The translations under genes were made by a program, and so were the position numbers. A DNA stretch of 45,658 bases from Escherichia phage vB_VIPECOMC04. The notes beneath the pieces were generated by a model. The model searched no databases, had not been told where the DNA came from, and saw only the letters and a list, made by a program, of their open reading frames with translations. Each line of letters begins with the position of its first letter. The first letter of the stretch is position 1. The DNA lies in the sequence record PQ423993.1; one strand, given 5' to 3'. Below are positions 26,709 to 35,986 of the stretch, one piece after another.

Positions 26709-29047
26709 TATTTAAACCCCGGCGCATTTCTTGTGGCCTTGCGGGCCTTGCTAATCTTACTGTTGCTGTTCTGCAAAGAGGCAGCCACCTGCTCTTCTAT
26801 GATGATGCGCAAACGGCCTTCGTCATCCTGCTCGGTAGATACGTTGCCAATCTGACTCGATGTGTTATTTACAATGGTAACATTAGATGGGCCAGAAGAA
26901 GACCCATTTTGCCCCATAATTTCTTTCATCTGCTGCGCAGTTCGTACGCGCGATGCACCAGCAGGCATGATAACTTCTGGTTTACCGCGTTCGGCGATGG
27001 TGGAAGCCTGCCCCGCAGATAACTGACCGCCCTGTTCACGTGCGGACCTGATAGCGGAAACCTGCGCCATACCCGCCCCAACGGCAGTGGCAGCGGCTAC
27101 AGGGGCCAGGAACGGGCCAACTACAGGGATAGCCGCCGTGGACTTGTATGCCTCAATAGCTGCGGTGTACGTGGCTATAGTGGCCTGTACGATAGCGAAT
27201 GCCTTATACGCGCCAGAAGCCTCACCCAACGCAGACCCGATGTTTGAGGCCATGTTGCCAAAGGCCGTTGCCGTTGCGTCGGCGCGCTTCGTAGCATACT
27301 GCTCATTGATAGCGTTAAGCGCCGCCTGATACTGTTCCTCGTTAATAAGCCCCTGTTCACGGTATTTATCTGCGACCGCCAGTTTCTGCTGTTCCTGGAT
27401 GTCGAGAAGCTCAAGCTCAGCGGCGTTCTGACCCATAATCTGAGCCATGAAGTCGTCGCCTTTCTGCTGCTTTTCCTGCTGCTCTTTTCTTTTCTTATCC
27501 AGTTCTTCCTGTCTGGCCTGCTCGGCTGTGAGCATAATTTGAGTTTTGGCTTTCTCGTATTGCTGGTCGCTAAGAAGCTGATTGCCGTAAAACTCCTGTA
27601 GCTTGGTTAGCTGCTGTTCCTGGTTGGCTTCTATTTTCTGGAATACGTCATCATTGAGATGAATCGACTGGTAGTAGAAATCCTCAGCGGCTTTCTTCTG
27701 GCGCTCGAACGCATCTGCGGCTTTCTTAGCGGCTTTTGCACCTGCGCTATCATCTTCGGACCCGCCACCAGTACCAGTTACCTTAAATTTACTAAGACCT
27801 TCTTCCTTAGCGGCTTCTTTGTCGATGTCATATGCCGCGCGTTTAAGCGCGACAATATTTTGCTGAGCCTCCACCTGTTCGCGGAAACTTTTACGGGTCA
27901 GGTCCGCAACATCACGCTGAGTATCCAGTGCCATCCCTAGCTGGAAGTTAATGTTTTTTGCTACGTCTACGGATTCCCCTGGTGTGAAGGCAGCTTTCAC
28001 CAACCGGCCAGCGTCCTGTGCCCCTTTAACCATATCTTCAAAGAATCGCTCCATCGCGGTAAATTCTTCCGCGATGAAATCGAGCGCATCGGCGGCTGAT
28101 TCCGCGATGGTTGTCGCCGTTTGTTCACCGCTATCGGTGATACTTTTACTGCTAAAGTCCCAAAGTTCATTCAGCCCGTTTATTGCGTCGCCTACGAAAC
28201 CAAATGCCGCGTCGAACGACATCTCTATCGCGCTTCCCACTTCTGACGCGATGTCGCCCCACATACGCATCTCAGCAGCGAGTTCGCCGGATGCTACCTG
28301 TGCGTTAAGTTCCTGGATTAAATCATCGATGTACCGGATAGGCTCCGCAAGAGCACCAACATCAAGGCTGGTAGCCAGTGTCATTTTTAACTGCGACCAT
28401 GAGTCGCTGGCACTGGCGATGGCGCCGTTAAGTGTGTTGGCCTGGTCCGCCATAGCCCCCGCGAAGTTTACGTTACCAATGTTGAGCAGGTATTGCTCGA
28501 TGTCGGCAGCGCTCTTCTTAACTACCGTAGTGGTGCCCTGGAATGTAAATTCAACATCGTTTTTGTTCTGCTTGGCCTTGATACCAAATTCTTTAAGGCG
28601 CTCAAATTCAAATGTACTAGCGTCCGCAACGGCCTCAATCATCTGATTAAGGTCTTTACCCATAGCAGCGGCAGTGTTGCCATAGGAGCGCAACGCTTCT
28701 TCTGAGGGGGTAAGGCCGAGAGCCACCAGTTTACGGAATCCCTCTACCGCCTGTTCAAGGCCATACGGAGTGTCGCGCGCGAAGTCTTGCAGGATGCTTA
28801 ACGCCTGCCTTGCCCCCTGCGTGCTTCCGGTTAGCGTTTTCAGGCTGGCGGACATCTTGTCCAGTTGCCGTTGGGAGTCTACCAGTTCCTGTGCGGCCTT
28901 GTACGCTGTCGCGGCGACAATTGAAGCGAGTCCGGCTACGGCTGCCCCCGCTACTTTTGCCGACTTGGAGAGATTATCAAGACGGTCCGATGTAGCTTTC
29001 GCGCCTTGCTCTGATACCTTTACAACTAAACTAGCTACATCAGCCAT
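26708..29047 (-). CDS. tail tape measure protein
   Basis: 779 aa, Ala/Gln-rich coiled-coil, positioned after the G/GT chaperone pair. Confidence 0.85.
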   Translation of the reverse strand: MADVASLVVKVSEQGAKATSDRLDNLSKSAKVAGAAVAGLASIVAATAYKAAQELVDSQRQLDKMSASLKTLTGSTQGARQALSILQDFARDTPYGLEQAVEGFRKLVALGLTPSEEALRSYGNTAAAMGKDLNQMIEAVADASTFEFERLKEFGIKAKQNKNDVEFTFQGTTTVVKKSAADIEQYLLNIGNVNFAGAMADQANTLNGAIASASDSWSQLKMTLATSLDVGALAEPIRYIDDLIQELNAQVASGELAAEMRMWGDIASEVGSAIEMSFDAAFGFVGDAINGLNELWDFSSKSITDSGEQTATTIAESAADALDFIAEEFTAMERFFEDMVKGAQDAGRLVKAAFTPGESVDVAKNINFQLGMALDTQRDVADLTRKSFREQVEAQQNIVALKRAAYDIDKEAAKEEGLSKFKVTGTGGGSEDDSAGAKAAKKAADAFERQKKAAEDFYYQSIHLNDDVFQKIEANQEQQLTKLQEFYGNQLLSDQQYEKAKTQIMLTAEQARQEELDKKRKEQQEKQQKGDDFMAQIMGQNAAELELLDIQEQQKLAVADKYREQGLINEEQYQAALNAINEQYATKRADATATAFGNMASNIGSALGEASGAYKAFAIVQATIATYTAAIEAYKSTAAIPVVGPFLAPVAAATAVGAGMAQVSAIRSAREQGGQLSAGQASTIAERGKPEVIMPAGASRVRTAQQMKEIMGQNGSSSGPSNVTIVNNTSSQIGNVSTEQDDEGRLRIIIEEQVAASLQNSNSKISKARKATRNAPGFK

Positions 29048-29414
29048 CGTTTCTACCCTCGAAAATAGCGTCTAAGCTCATGATGATGTCAGATTCAAAC
29101 ATGCCTATATCCTGGCCTGAAACTGTGCTGTATGCCACTAAATCCGACCATCTTAACTGTTCGCGCGGGTACATCTTGATACCATCATCGTCCACTCGGC
29201 GGGTGAATTTGATTTCCCTGTACTTCTCGAAGGTGGTTAATAGCTCAGGGGGGCATTCCGGCCCTGTGTCCTGCGTTGCTTCCGGCGCGTCTTGCATAAC
29301 CCCCATAGCAATTAGCGCGGCTTTATGCCCGTCGGCGATACTGTCAAACTCCCGCCGTTTGTGGCGGGTTATGAAGTTCCAACGGGCAAACTGGAGCAAC
29401 GCGTCTACTTTTCC
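29040..29414 (-). CDS. tail assembly chaperone GT extension (-1 frame)
   Basis: Frame open in -1 relative to the G-like gene from the GGAAAAG site (29408-29414, minus strand) to the stop at 29040. Confidence 0.45.
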   Translation of the reverse strand, partial: GKVDALLQFARWNFITRHKRREFDSIADGHKAALIAMGVMQDAPEATQDTGPECPPELLTTFEKYREIKFTRRVDDDGIKMYPREQLRWSDLVAYSTVSGQDIGMFESDIIMSLDAIFEGRNDG

Positions 29415-29821
29415 TGCAATTGGTGGAGCTGTTCATTGTGGAAAACAACAACGTGTTCAGCGAGTCGTTTATATTGTGAGAAAAGAGTATTCAGGTTCTC
29501 TTTATTAAATTCATCGTCGAGACTCCAACCGTTAACCAGTTCAAGCGCTAACTGGCGGTTAAGGTCCGTTGCGGCGTCTTCCATCTTGATGTTGTATTCC
29601 GAGAAATCTTTCAGTTCCTCGCATTTATCGCGAAGCGGTTTCAATTTACCTAATGCCGCGCGGTACGCAAGTGTAAACGCCCTCATAGCTTTAACAGCAA
29701 CGTCTGCCTCCGGTGAAACAACGTTCAGCCACTCCCCTGAATCGGTGCCGTCTTTCAGTGGTATCGGCATACGGGCGCCTTTTTCTGCCTCAGCTTCGTA
29801 ATAAAAATCAGAAAGTTTCAT
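29405..29821 (-). CDS. tail assembly chaperone (gpG-like)
   Basis: ORF track; immediately upstream of the tape measure gene; slippery heptamer at its 3' end. Confidence 0.5.
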   Translation of the reverse strand: MKLSDFYYEAEAEKGARMPIPLKDGTDSGEWLNVVSPEADVAVKAMRAFTLAYRAALGKLKPLRDKCEELKDFSEYNIKMEDAATDLNRQLALELVNGWSLDDEFNKENLNTLFSQYKRLAEHVVVFHNEQLHQLQEK

Positions 29822-29929
29822 TCTTTAATCCTTTGGTTAAGAGGTTACAGGTTAATGGTAAATGCGCCAGACGGGAACCACCCGCTTTTCGTGTGCGACA
29901 CTAGGCGCAAAATTATTCTATCACATTAC

Positions 29930-29958
29930 TTGCGCACCCCAACATAATAGGATACTAT
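29930..29958 (+). promoter_or_regulatory. sigma70-like promoter (class B) with operator palindrome
   Basis: TTGCGC-17-TACTAT; palindrome TAATAGG-at-ACTATTC at 29945-29960; drives the plus-strand moron cassette. Confidence 0.55.
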
Positions 29959-29999
29959 TCACTTACACCAACAATGTTAACTCAAACAGGAGCTACACC

Positions 30000-30191
30000 A
30001 TGACAGGTATTACTATGTTCTTCTTAATCATTATCGTTTTAGTTTATTTTATCCCGTTTTTAGTGGCCCATATGCGGGGTCATAAAGCGAAATTAGCGAT
30101 ATTCATGGCCAATCTGTTTCTTGGCTGGGTTCTGCTGCCGTGGGTATTTATTTTAATCTGGGCTTGCAACTCGAATGTCAAAGAGAAGTGA
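30000..30191 (+). CDS. superinfection-immunity-like small membrane protein
   Basis: ATG 30000 with AGGAG upstream; YFIPFLVAHMRGHKAKLAIFMANLFLGWVLLPWVFILIWAC resembles the superinfection immunity family as recalled. Confidence 0.5.
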   Translation: MTGITMFFLIIIVLVYFIPFLVAHMRGHKAKLAIFMANLFLGWVLLPWVFILIWACNSNVKEK

Positions 30192-30230
30192 GCTAGTATA
30201 GGACAAATCCTAAACGCGAGGAAGTAAAGC

Positions 30231-31361
30231 ATGGCCCAGATTAAAATAACCGACGAACAGTTACAGGAAGAATTGAACGCCGGAACAAAGATTATCGACA
30301 TATCCCGTAAATACGGCATCTCAGACCGAGTTATTCGTATCCGTAAAGCGAAGCTGGCGAAGAAAGGCGTAGGTCACGGTCGTGACGTTAGCCATCTTGT
30401 CCCGGACGGCTACAAGATTAAAGGCACGTCGTCACTTGTTGACGAGTTCGGCAACACTAAACTGCAATGGGTTAAGACTGATACCGACGCCGAACGTCAG
30501 GTTGAATTGATGAAAGCCGTAATTGAAGGCATGAAGTCAGAGATTACGCCCGTTGCGCCTGTTAAAGCTGTTCGCGCCAAACGCGACGACAAGCTACTCA
30601 ATCTTTACACGGTATCTGATTTCCATCTCGGTATGCTGGCATGGGCTGATGAGAGCGGAGACGACTGGGACATGAAGATTGCAGAAGACCTGTTCTCCCG
30701 ATGGTTCGACGCGGCGTTCCAGAAAGCACCGGATGCAGGAACAGGAGTTATTAACCTTCTGGGCGACCTCGCTCACTTCGATAGTCTGGATGCGGTTACA
30801 CCTGCAAGTGGTCATGTTCTTGACGCGGACACGCGCTATCAGAAACTTGTACGCTACATGATTCGTATGGTCCGTCGTGTCGTTGATATGGCTCTGGTTA
30901 AACATAAAAATGTTCGCTTGCTTATCGTGCAAGGGAATCACGACGAAAGTGGCATGATTTGGTTGGCTGAGATGTTCAGCACGCTGTACGACAATGAGCC
31001 GCGTGTGTTCGTCGATACGTCGCCGGATGTTTACAAGATGGTGCAACACGGCAAAACGACGCTGTTCTTCCATCACGGACATAAAGCACGCTTCGACGCT
31101 ATCGAACCGATTATGATTGCCAAGTTCCGCAAAGCGTTCGGCGAGAGCGTTTACAGCTACGCCCACGTAGGCCACCTGCACCACCAGAAGATTGTAGAAA
31201 GCCGTAACATGGTTGTTGAGCAACACCGCACCCTGGCGGCTAAAGACGCCTACGCCTCTCGCGGCGGATGGATGTCAGGTCGTAGTGCAAATGTAATTAC
31301 TTATAGCGCCGAATATGGCGAGGTCGCACGTTTAACTATTTCACCGGAGATGCTGGGATGA
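30231..31361 (+). CDS. metallophosphoesterase (calcineurin-like) with N-terminal HTH
   Basis: Ordered motifs VSDFHLG, GDLAHFD, GNHDES, FFHHGH, GHLHH; N-terminal IIDISRKYGISDRVIRIRKAKL looks HTH-like. Confidence 0.7.
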   Translation: MAQIKITDEQLQEELNAGTKIIDISRKYGISDRVIRIRKAKLAKKGVGHGRDVSHLVPDGYKIKGTSSLVDEFGNTKLQWVKTDTDAERQVELMKAVIEGMKSEITPVAPVKAVRAKRDDKLLNLYTVSDFHLGMLAWADESGDDWDMKIAEDLFSRWFDAAFQKAPDAGTGVINLLGDLAHFDSLDAVTPASGHVLDADTRYQKLVRYMIRMVRRVVDMALVKHKNVRLLIVQGNHDESGMIWLAEMFSTLYDNEPRVFVDTSPDVYKMVQHGKTTLFFHHGHKARFDAIEPIMIAKFRKAFGESVYSYAHVGHLHHQKIVESRNMVVEQHRTLAAKDAYASRGGWMSGRSANVITYSAEYGEVARLTISPEMLG

Positions 31362-31558
31362 AAGACATGTATGAATGCACCGAGGTAAGTCCGTATGCAG
31401 AGAAAAATGGGTTCGAAGTAGGTGCGGTGTACGAAGGAGTCACCCTAGAGAATGGCGATGTAAGAATGTATTCGCCTAAATATCGCAGCTTCTTTGAAAT
31501 AGGCAACATTAACGAGTCAGGCATAGCCAGATTTAAGAGAGTTAACAGTGACAAATAA
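31358..31558 (+). CDS. hypothetical protein
   Basis: ORF track; start overlaps the upstream stop. Confidence 0.35.
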   Translation: MKDMYECTEVSPYAEKNGFEVGAVYEGVTLENGDVRMYSPKYRSFFEIGNINESGIARFKRVNSDK

Positions 31559-31778
31559 ATACAACCGCACAATGACAAACACCTACGGCAGCACTATGAC
31601 TGTAGACGTTTACGATGTACTACGCGCATTCGATATACGCGACCCGGCGTTACAGCACGCATTGAAGAAGTTATTGTGCATGGGTCTTCGCGGCCACAAA
31701 GATACCGGGACAGACTTAGCGGAAGCAATTGAAAGTCTGGAGAAGTTACGGGAGTACCGAAGCAATATTGATGAGTAA
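31548..31778 (+). CDS. hypothetical protein
   Basis: ORF track; last gene of the moron cassette. Confidence 0.35.
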   Translation: MTNKYNRTMTNTYGSTMTVDVYDVLRAFDIRDPALQHALKKLLCMGLRGHKDTGTDLAEAIESLEKLREYRSNIDE

Positions 31779-31810
31779 GAAAAAGGCCCCGAAAGGGGCC
31801 TTTTTCTTAC
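31776..31810. terminator. bidirectional intrinsic terminator
   Basis: AGGCCCC-gaaa-GGGGCCT flanked by an A-run upstream and TTTTCTT downstream. Confidence 0.65.
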
Positions 31811-32979
31811 GCGTAGCTAATACGCTGTATTACAATAGAAGATTGATATTGATTGCCTGTGGCCTGTCCTTCTATGCTCTGAGTGATTGACTCAGGCCCG
31901 CCAATCTCTGGTGTGACCGCCGTAAGTTCGGCACGTTTCAAACTGAAAGACATAGCCCCGTTTACCCCCGCCAGAATAGAGTTAATCTCTACCTGCTGCT
32001 CGTTGATAAACTTCTGAATCATCGCCATGTCGTACAGCTTACCGGAGATGGAGAAGGTGTTGGCCGCGCGGCTACGCTCAACAAATGCAACGTTAGTGTT
32101 GCCGAGTTCGAACTGCGCAGACGCGCTGTTATCGTTGGTGATGGTCAGGCTGTCGCAACGCAACGGCGTTGAGCCATCGAACACAGAAACGTCAACAGAG
32201 GAGAACGGCTCGTCACCAAACGTAACAGAAGAGAAATTAGAGCCGGACGGCGACGTAGCGAGAATCTCCTGGCTGCGCCCGATGAACGGGAAGCTGCCCG
32301 TTACCATCGCGTTAACTGCCTGCTCGACAGTGAAGCCAGAAACTTCCACGCCTTTGGTCAGTGTGTACGCGTCGGTCCCGCCGCACTGGCCTTTGTACCA
32401 GGTGAGAATAGAGAACGTCTTACACTGGCTACCGGTTTCCAGTTTGTCGCCGGTCTTAGCGTCGGTTGTTACGGTCTCGGTGGTCAGAGTATGTTGGATA
32501 CCCGCACCGGTGACAACAGTCGCACTTACCTCGGTTACAATAAACGGTTTTGCGTTGTCACCGGTTAAATCAGTGAACGCAATCAGGTCGCCTACTTCAA
32601 CGCCATCAGAAATAAAGCTGCCATCAGCACGGGTGAACGTCTTGCCCGCCGGTGCGACGGTAATTGACAGGTCAGTCAAGGATACACCTGATTGCCACGT
32701 AGAGCCTAAAGCCCCAGCTAACCAGTCGTCCTGGCTTTTCGAGCTAAGCTCGATCGCGTATTCACCGCTAACCTGTTTGTTACCGGTGCGGATGGATGTA
32801 GTTTCACGGCTGCCGTCCAGTTCGTTGGAGGTCAGCGTGTCGCGGGTAATAGCAGGAACACCGCCCGTGTTACGCAACGGCGACCATACCGGGTTAGTTG
32901 GTGTTACGCCAGGGGTGACTTCCGCCACATAGAATTGCGCGGTAGTCGCGCCCTTAAAAGGAGTTGTAGCCATATTCAC
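31807..32979 (-). CDS. major tail protein
   Basis: 390 aa, beta-rich; position between the tail completion genes and the chaperone/tape-measure genes. Confidence 0.5.
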   Translation of the reverse strand: MNMATTPFKGATTAQFYVAEVTPGVTPTNPVWSPLRNTGGVPAITRDTLTSNELDGSRETTSIRTGNKQVSGEYAIELSSKSQDDWLAGALGSTWQSGVSLTDLSITVAPAGKTFTRADGSFISDGVEVGDLIAFTDLTGDNAKPFIVTEVSATVVTGAGIQHTLTTETVTTDAKTGDKLETGSQCKTFSILTWYKGQCGGTDAYTLTKGVEVSGFTVEQAVNAMVTGSFPFIGRSQEILATSPSGSNFSSVTFGDEPFSSVDVSVFDGSTPLRCDSLTITNDNSASAQFELGNTNVAFVERSRAANTFSISGKLYDMAMIQKFINEQQVEINSILAGVNGAMSFSLKRAELTAVTPEIGGPESITQSIEGQATGNQYQSSIVIQRISYA

Positions 32980-33392
32980 AGCCTCTTGGTGAATGCTATA
33001 AAGTTAATTGACAATGGCCGTTTGGCCCATCCGTTTTCTACAATCAGCGGCCCCAGGCTAACCGATTGAACCTCGGCGCAGATGTCGTTACGTGAAAATG
33101 ACTTACCTGCTTTAAATGCCGTGTTAAGTAAGTCTGCCATTTTATTGATTGGCGCGCTACCTTTCACCGATGCGTAGTTAATGTCGACCTGATAAACACC
33201 TGAGCGTTGTTCTGTGAAGAACAAATCTGCCTGTTCTGTATCCGCAAGTAACATGTAACTTGCCAGATACGGCGTATCGGTTGACGTCGGAGCGTCGATG
33301 TTCTCAAGCGCTATCTTGATGCCGTTGGTGTTTCCGAAGGCTACCAGCGGCACGTCGAACGCTTTGGTTAAGTCTTCAAAGTAGCCCATCAT
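32976..33392 (-). CDS. tail completion / tail terminator-like protein
   Basis: Position and size; coupled to its neighbours. Confidence 0.4.
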   Translation of the reverse strand: MMGYFEDLTKAFDVPLVAFGNTNGIKIALENIDAPTSTDTPYLASYMLLADTEQADLFFTEQRSGVYQVDINYASVKGSAPINKMADLLNTAFKAGKSFSRNDICAEVQSVSLGPLIVENGWAKRPLSINFIAFTKRL

Positions 33393-33784
33393 TTTACCTT
33401 ATTGGCTTCTTCATTAATTAGTTGCTGGAAACGTGACACGTTAGTCCTGACCATACCTTGCGGGGCCTGTTGCGACCAACCGTACTCCAGCCGTTGCGCA
33501 TACGGCAGGTTATTAGTCAGCGTAAACTCGCGCCAGTCTGCGGCTTTCAGCACAAAACTAGTGGCGTTTCCTATTGCGATGTTACCAGACTTGTCGGTAG
33601 CGTCTGTAGTTCCGGAAGCGGGGGTTCCTCCCGACGCCATCCAGTTCATACGAAAACGCCCTTTGTCTACCGGACTCGCCTTTATAATAGCGGAAAACAG
33701 CTTGATAGACACCTGACGCATAACCGTTTCAGGGTTCTTCTTCGCCTTCTCAACGAACTTAGAGACATCAAGCGCGAAACTCAT
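33389..33784 (-). CDS. HK97 gp10-like tail component
   Basis: C-terminal LPYAQRLEYGWSQQAP resembles the gp10 family motif as recalled. Confidence 0.45.
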   Translation of the reverse strand: MSFALDVSKFVEKAKKNPETVMRQVSIKLFSAIIKASPVDKGRFRMNWMASGGTPASGTTDATDKSGNIAIGNATSFVLKAADWREFTLTNNLPYAQRLEYGWSQQAPQGMVRTNVSRFQQLINEEANKVK

Positions 33785-34221
33785 TTTCTCACCTGAATAA
33801 AGTAGGCCACGACATCATTGTTAACCATCTTCTTCTCGATAGCTACGACAGACCATTGCTCGCCGCCGAATTGCACCTTATCTTCCATTTTCGGGACGAC
33901 GCTGTAATCGGCTTTAACAATCATGTCTCCCGCCTGAATGGTTATGCCGTTAACCAAGCCCGCGTTAACCGGAACAGGTACGGCTTTCAGCGGCAGCACT
34001 TCATCCGCAGACCAGATGTACTCTCCGAGAACCTCATCCCACACTTTCGAGCCAGCGCGAACAAGAGATACCGTGCTACCGAATTTGGTTAGCAGGCGTG
34101 TACCGACGCCTTGCATACGTTTACTGAAAGCGGTGCTCATTTTAGCACCTCTTGCAGCGTCAAAAGAACACCGTAACTGTGCAAGGCTACCGCGGTAAGA
34201 AAACCAAAAACTACACCACAT
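33781..34221 (-). CDS. head-tail joining protein
   Basis: Position in the head-tail connector block. Confidence 0.4.
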   Translation of the reverse strand: MWCSFWFSYRGSLAQLRCSFDAARGAKMSTAFSKRMQGVGTRLLTKFGSTVSLVRAGSKVWDEVLGEYIWSADEVLPLKAVPVPVNAGLVNGITIQAGDMIVKADYSVVPKMEDKVQFGGEQWSVVAIEKKMVNNDVVAYFIQVRK

Positions 34222-34234
34222 GTGAACTTATTCA

Positions 34235-34849
34235 TCAGGCGGCCTCCAGTCTCGAAATAACCAGTAATGTGGATGGTGCTGTACCCCATGCGGTTACGGT
34301 AGCAACTTGCGGATATACGCCGCCGAAGTTACTCCCGGCACTATCCCGCATAATCTGAACGGCAAACGTCTGGCCTGCGGTGGGGTTAATAACGACGCGA
34401 GATTCAATCGGGATTGTAGTATCCGTGCTAACCAGTTTCGTGGCGGCGGGTGAGCCGTACTGAGCACCGTTTACAAGGATGCGAGATAACAGAATAGACG
34501 TCCCGCTAGCACCGGAGCGCCCTGCCTGTAACTTGATGCGAACGGCGTAGTTACCCGCAATGTTAAACGTAACCAGTCCCGCAGCATTAATCATTACCGG
34601 GTCAGATGCACTACCCTGAGCAGAGCCGAACGATACCTGCAACGCCGTATCTACTGCGGTAGGCGCTTGCGCTACTGTCGACGCAGCGCGGAGAACTTCA
34701 ACCTCTTTAACACCCGGAGTGGCGTAAATAGGTGAGTCAGCCATCTGGGTTAATACCCCGCGCAACTTCGCAGGCGTAATAAGTCCGGTCGTGTTGTCCG
34801 GTAGCTCGGAACCGATTAGCGTGAATATCTCTGATTTAGTCTTCGCCAT
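34235..34849 (-). CDS. structural protein, unassigned
   Basis: ORF track; Ala/Thr-rich; in the structural operon. Confidence 0.35.
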   Translation of the reverse strand: MAKTKSEIFTLIGSELPDNTTGLITPAKLRGVLTQMADSPIYATPGVKEVEVLRAASTVAQAPTAVDTALQVSFGSAQGSASDPVMINAAGLVTFNIAGNYAVRIKLQAGRSGASGTSILLSRILVNGAQYGSPAATKLVSTDTTIPIESRVVINPTAGQTFAVQIMRDSAGSNFGGVYPQVATVTAWGTAPSTLLVISRLEAA

Positions 34850-34851
34850 TT

Positions 34852-35364
34852 TTAACCCCGGTACACGTTAAACGAGAAACCATTGTTAAGACCACCACAC
34901 AATAACGGGCGCAAAGCGTCGTCAGCAGCGGTAATCGCGGTCGTAGCGCCACTGTTGCCATTGTTGAAGTAGGTCACTGTTACCGCACCCTCGACACGCT
35001 CAGTCTGCACGGCGCGGCCGTCTGAGTTAGCCCGGACTTCGGTGCCCTCGCCATATGTAGCGGCAGCGATTACCTGCGCAAGAATCACCTGTTTCGGAAT
35101 GGCGTTGTTGGCCACCGGGAACCCGTTTAACGTAACGCCGGTGCGGGGGTACGCCAGCGACTGTTCGGCGGATACACGACGACCGCACATCTGAGGTTCT
35201 GCAAGCCCGACATAAGTAGCGCCGTTGCGCAAGGCTACCTCGGCAGCGGTATCGTCAGCAGGTAGCTCAAGACCATAATTAGCCGCTAACGCGCGGGCGT
35301 CAGCCAGACTAATGTAACTGTCAGCATTAGGGACGATTTCACCCGTTTCCACGATTAGCGGCAT
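34852..35364 (-). CDS. head-tail connector / head completion protein
   Basis: Position downstream of the capsid and decoration genes. Confidence 0.35.
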   Translation of the reverse strand: MPLIVETGEIVPNADSYISLADARALAANYGLELPADDTAAEVALRNGATYVGLAEPQMCGRRVSAEQSLAYPRTGVTLNGFPVANNAIPKQVILAQVIAAATYGEGTEVRANSDGRAVQTERVEGAVTVTYFNNGNSGATTAITAADDALRPLLCGGLNNGFSFNVYRG

Positions 35365-35583
35365 AAATTATTCCTCTGACTTACGGCGGCGACGCTTAGT
35401 ACCACCGCCATTGTTGTGTGCTTCTTCGTTGTCCGGTTGAGTCGCAACCAGTTCATCCGCTTCTTCCACACCGCGAACAGGCATCACCTGACCGTCAACA
35501 ATATCGACATGGGTGTACTTTTCGCGGATTACATAATTATCTGCCATGACCTTTCCTTATTACGGCCCCGAAGGGCCGCTGTA

Positions 35584-35925
35584 TTAAGACACAGTTGCTA
35601 CAGTGCTGCTGGAGATAATATTACCATACGCATCGTGAACAACCACTTTATACGTACCGGAATCAGCGGTAGTGGTTGACGCTTTAGTATAGGTAGCCTC
35701 GGTAGCCCCGGAGATGGCGTTGTTATTCTTATACCACTGGTGAGAATACGGCTCCAGACCGCCAGTTACGGTTACGGTCAGTGTCATGGTTTCGCCCGCG
35801 GTAACGGAGGTAGTAGCCGCCAGCGCGGGTGAGAAAGACGCAGGAGAAATAGTCGCCATGTCAATCTTAGCACCAGGGGCGTCAGCGGAGACGACGGTGA
35901 TGCGTCGCTTCAATACGTCTGCCAT
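35584..35925 (-). CDS. Ig-like domain protein (likely head decoration)
   Basis: YSHQWYKNNNAISGATEATYT...SGTYKVVV is an Ig-like pattern; directly downstream of the capsid gene. Confidence 0.5.
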   Translation of the reverse strand: MADVLKRRITVVSADAPGAKIDMATISPASFSPALAATTSVTAGETMTLTVTVTGGLEPYSHQWYKNNNAISGATEATYTKASTTTADSGTYKVVVHDAYGNIISSSTVATVS

Positions 35926-35986
35926 TTAGGAATCCTCTTAGTAAATGAAAAGAGGGACCGAAGTCCCTCTCGATTATAGCTTAACC

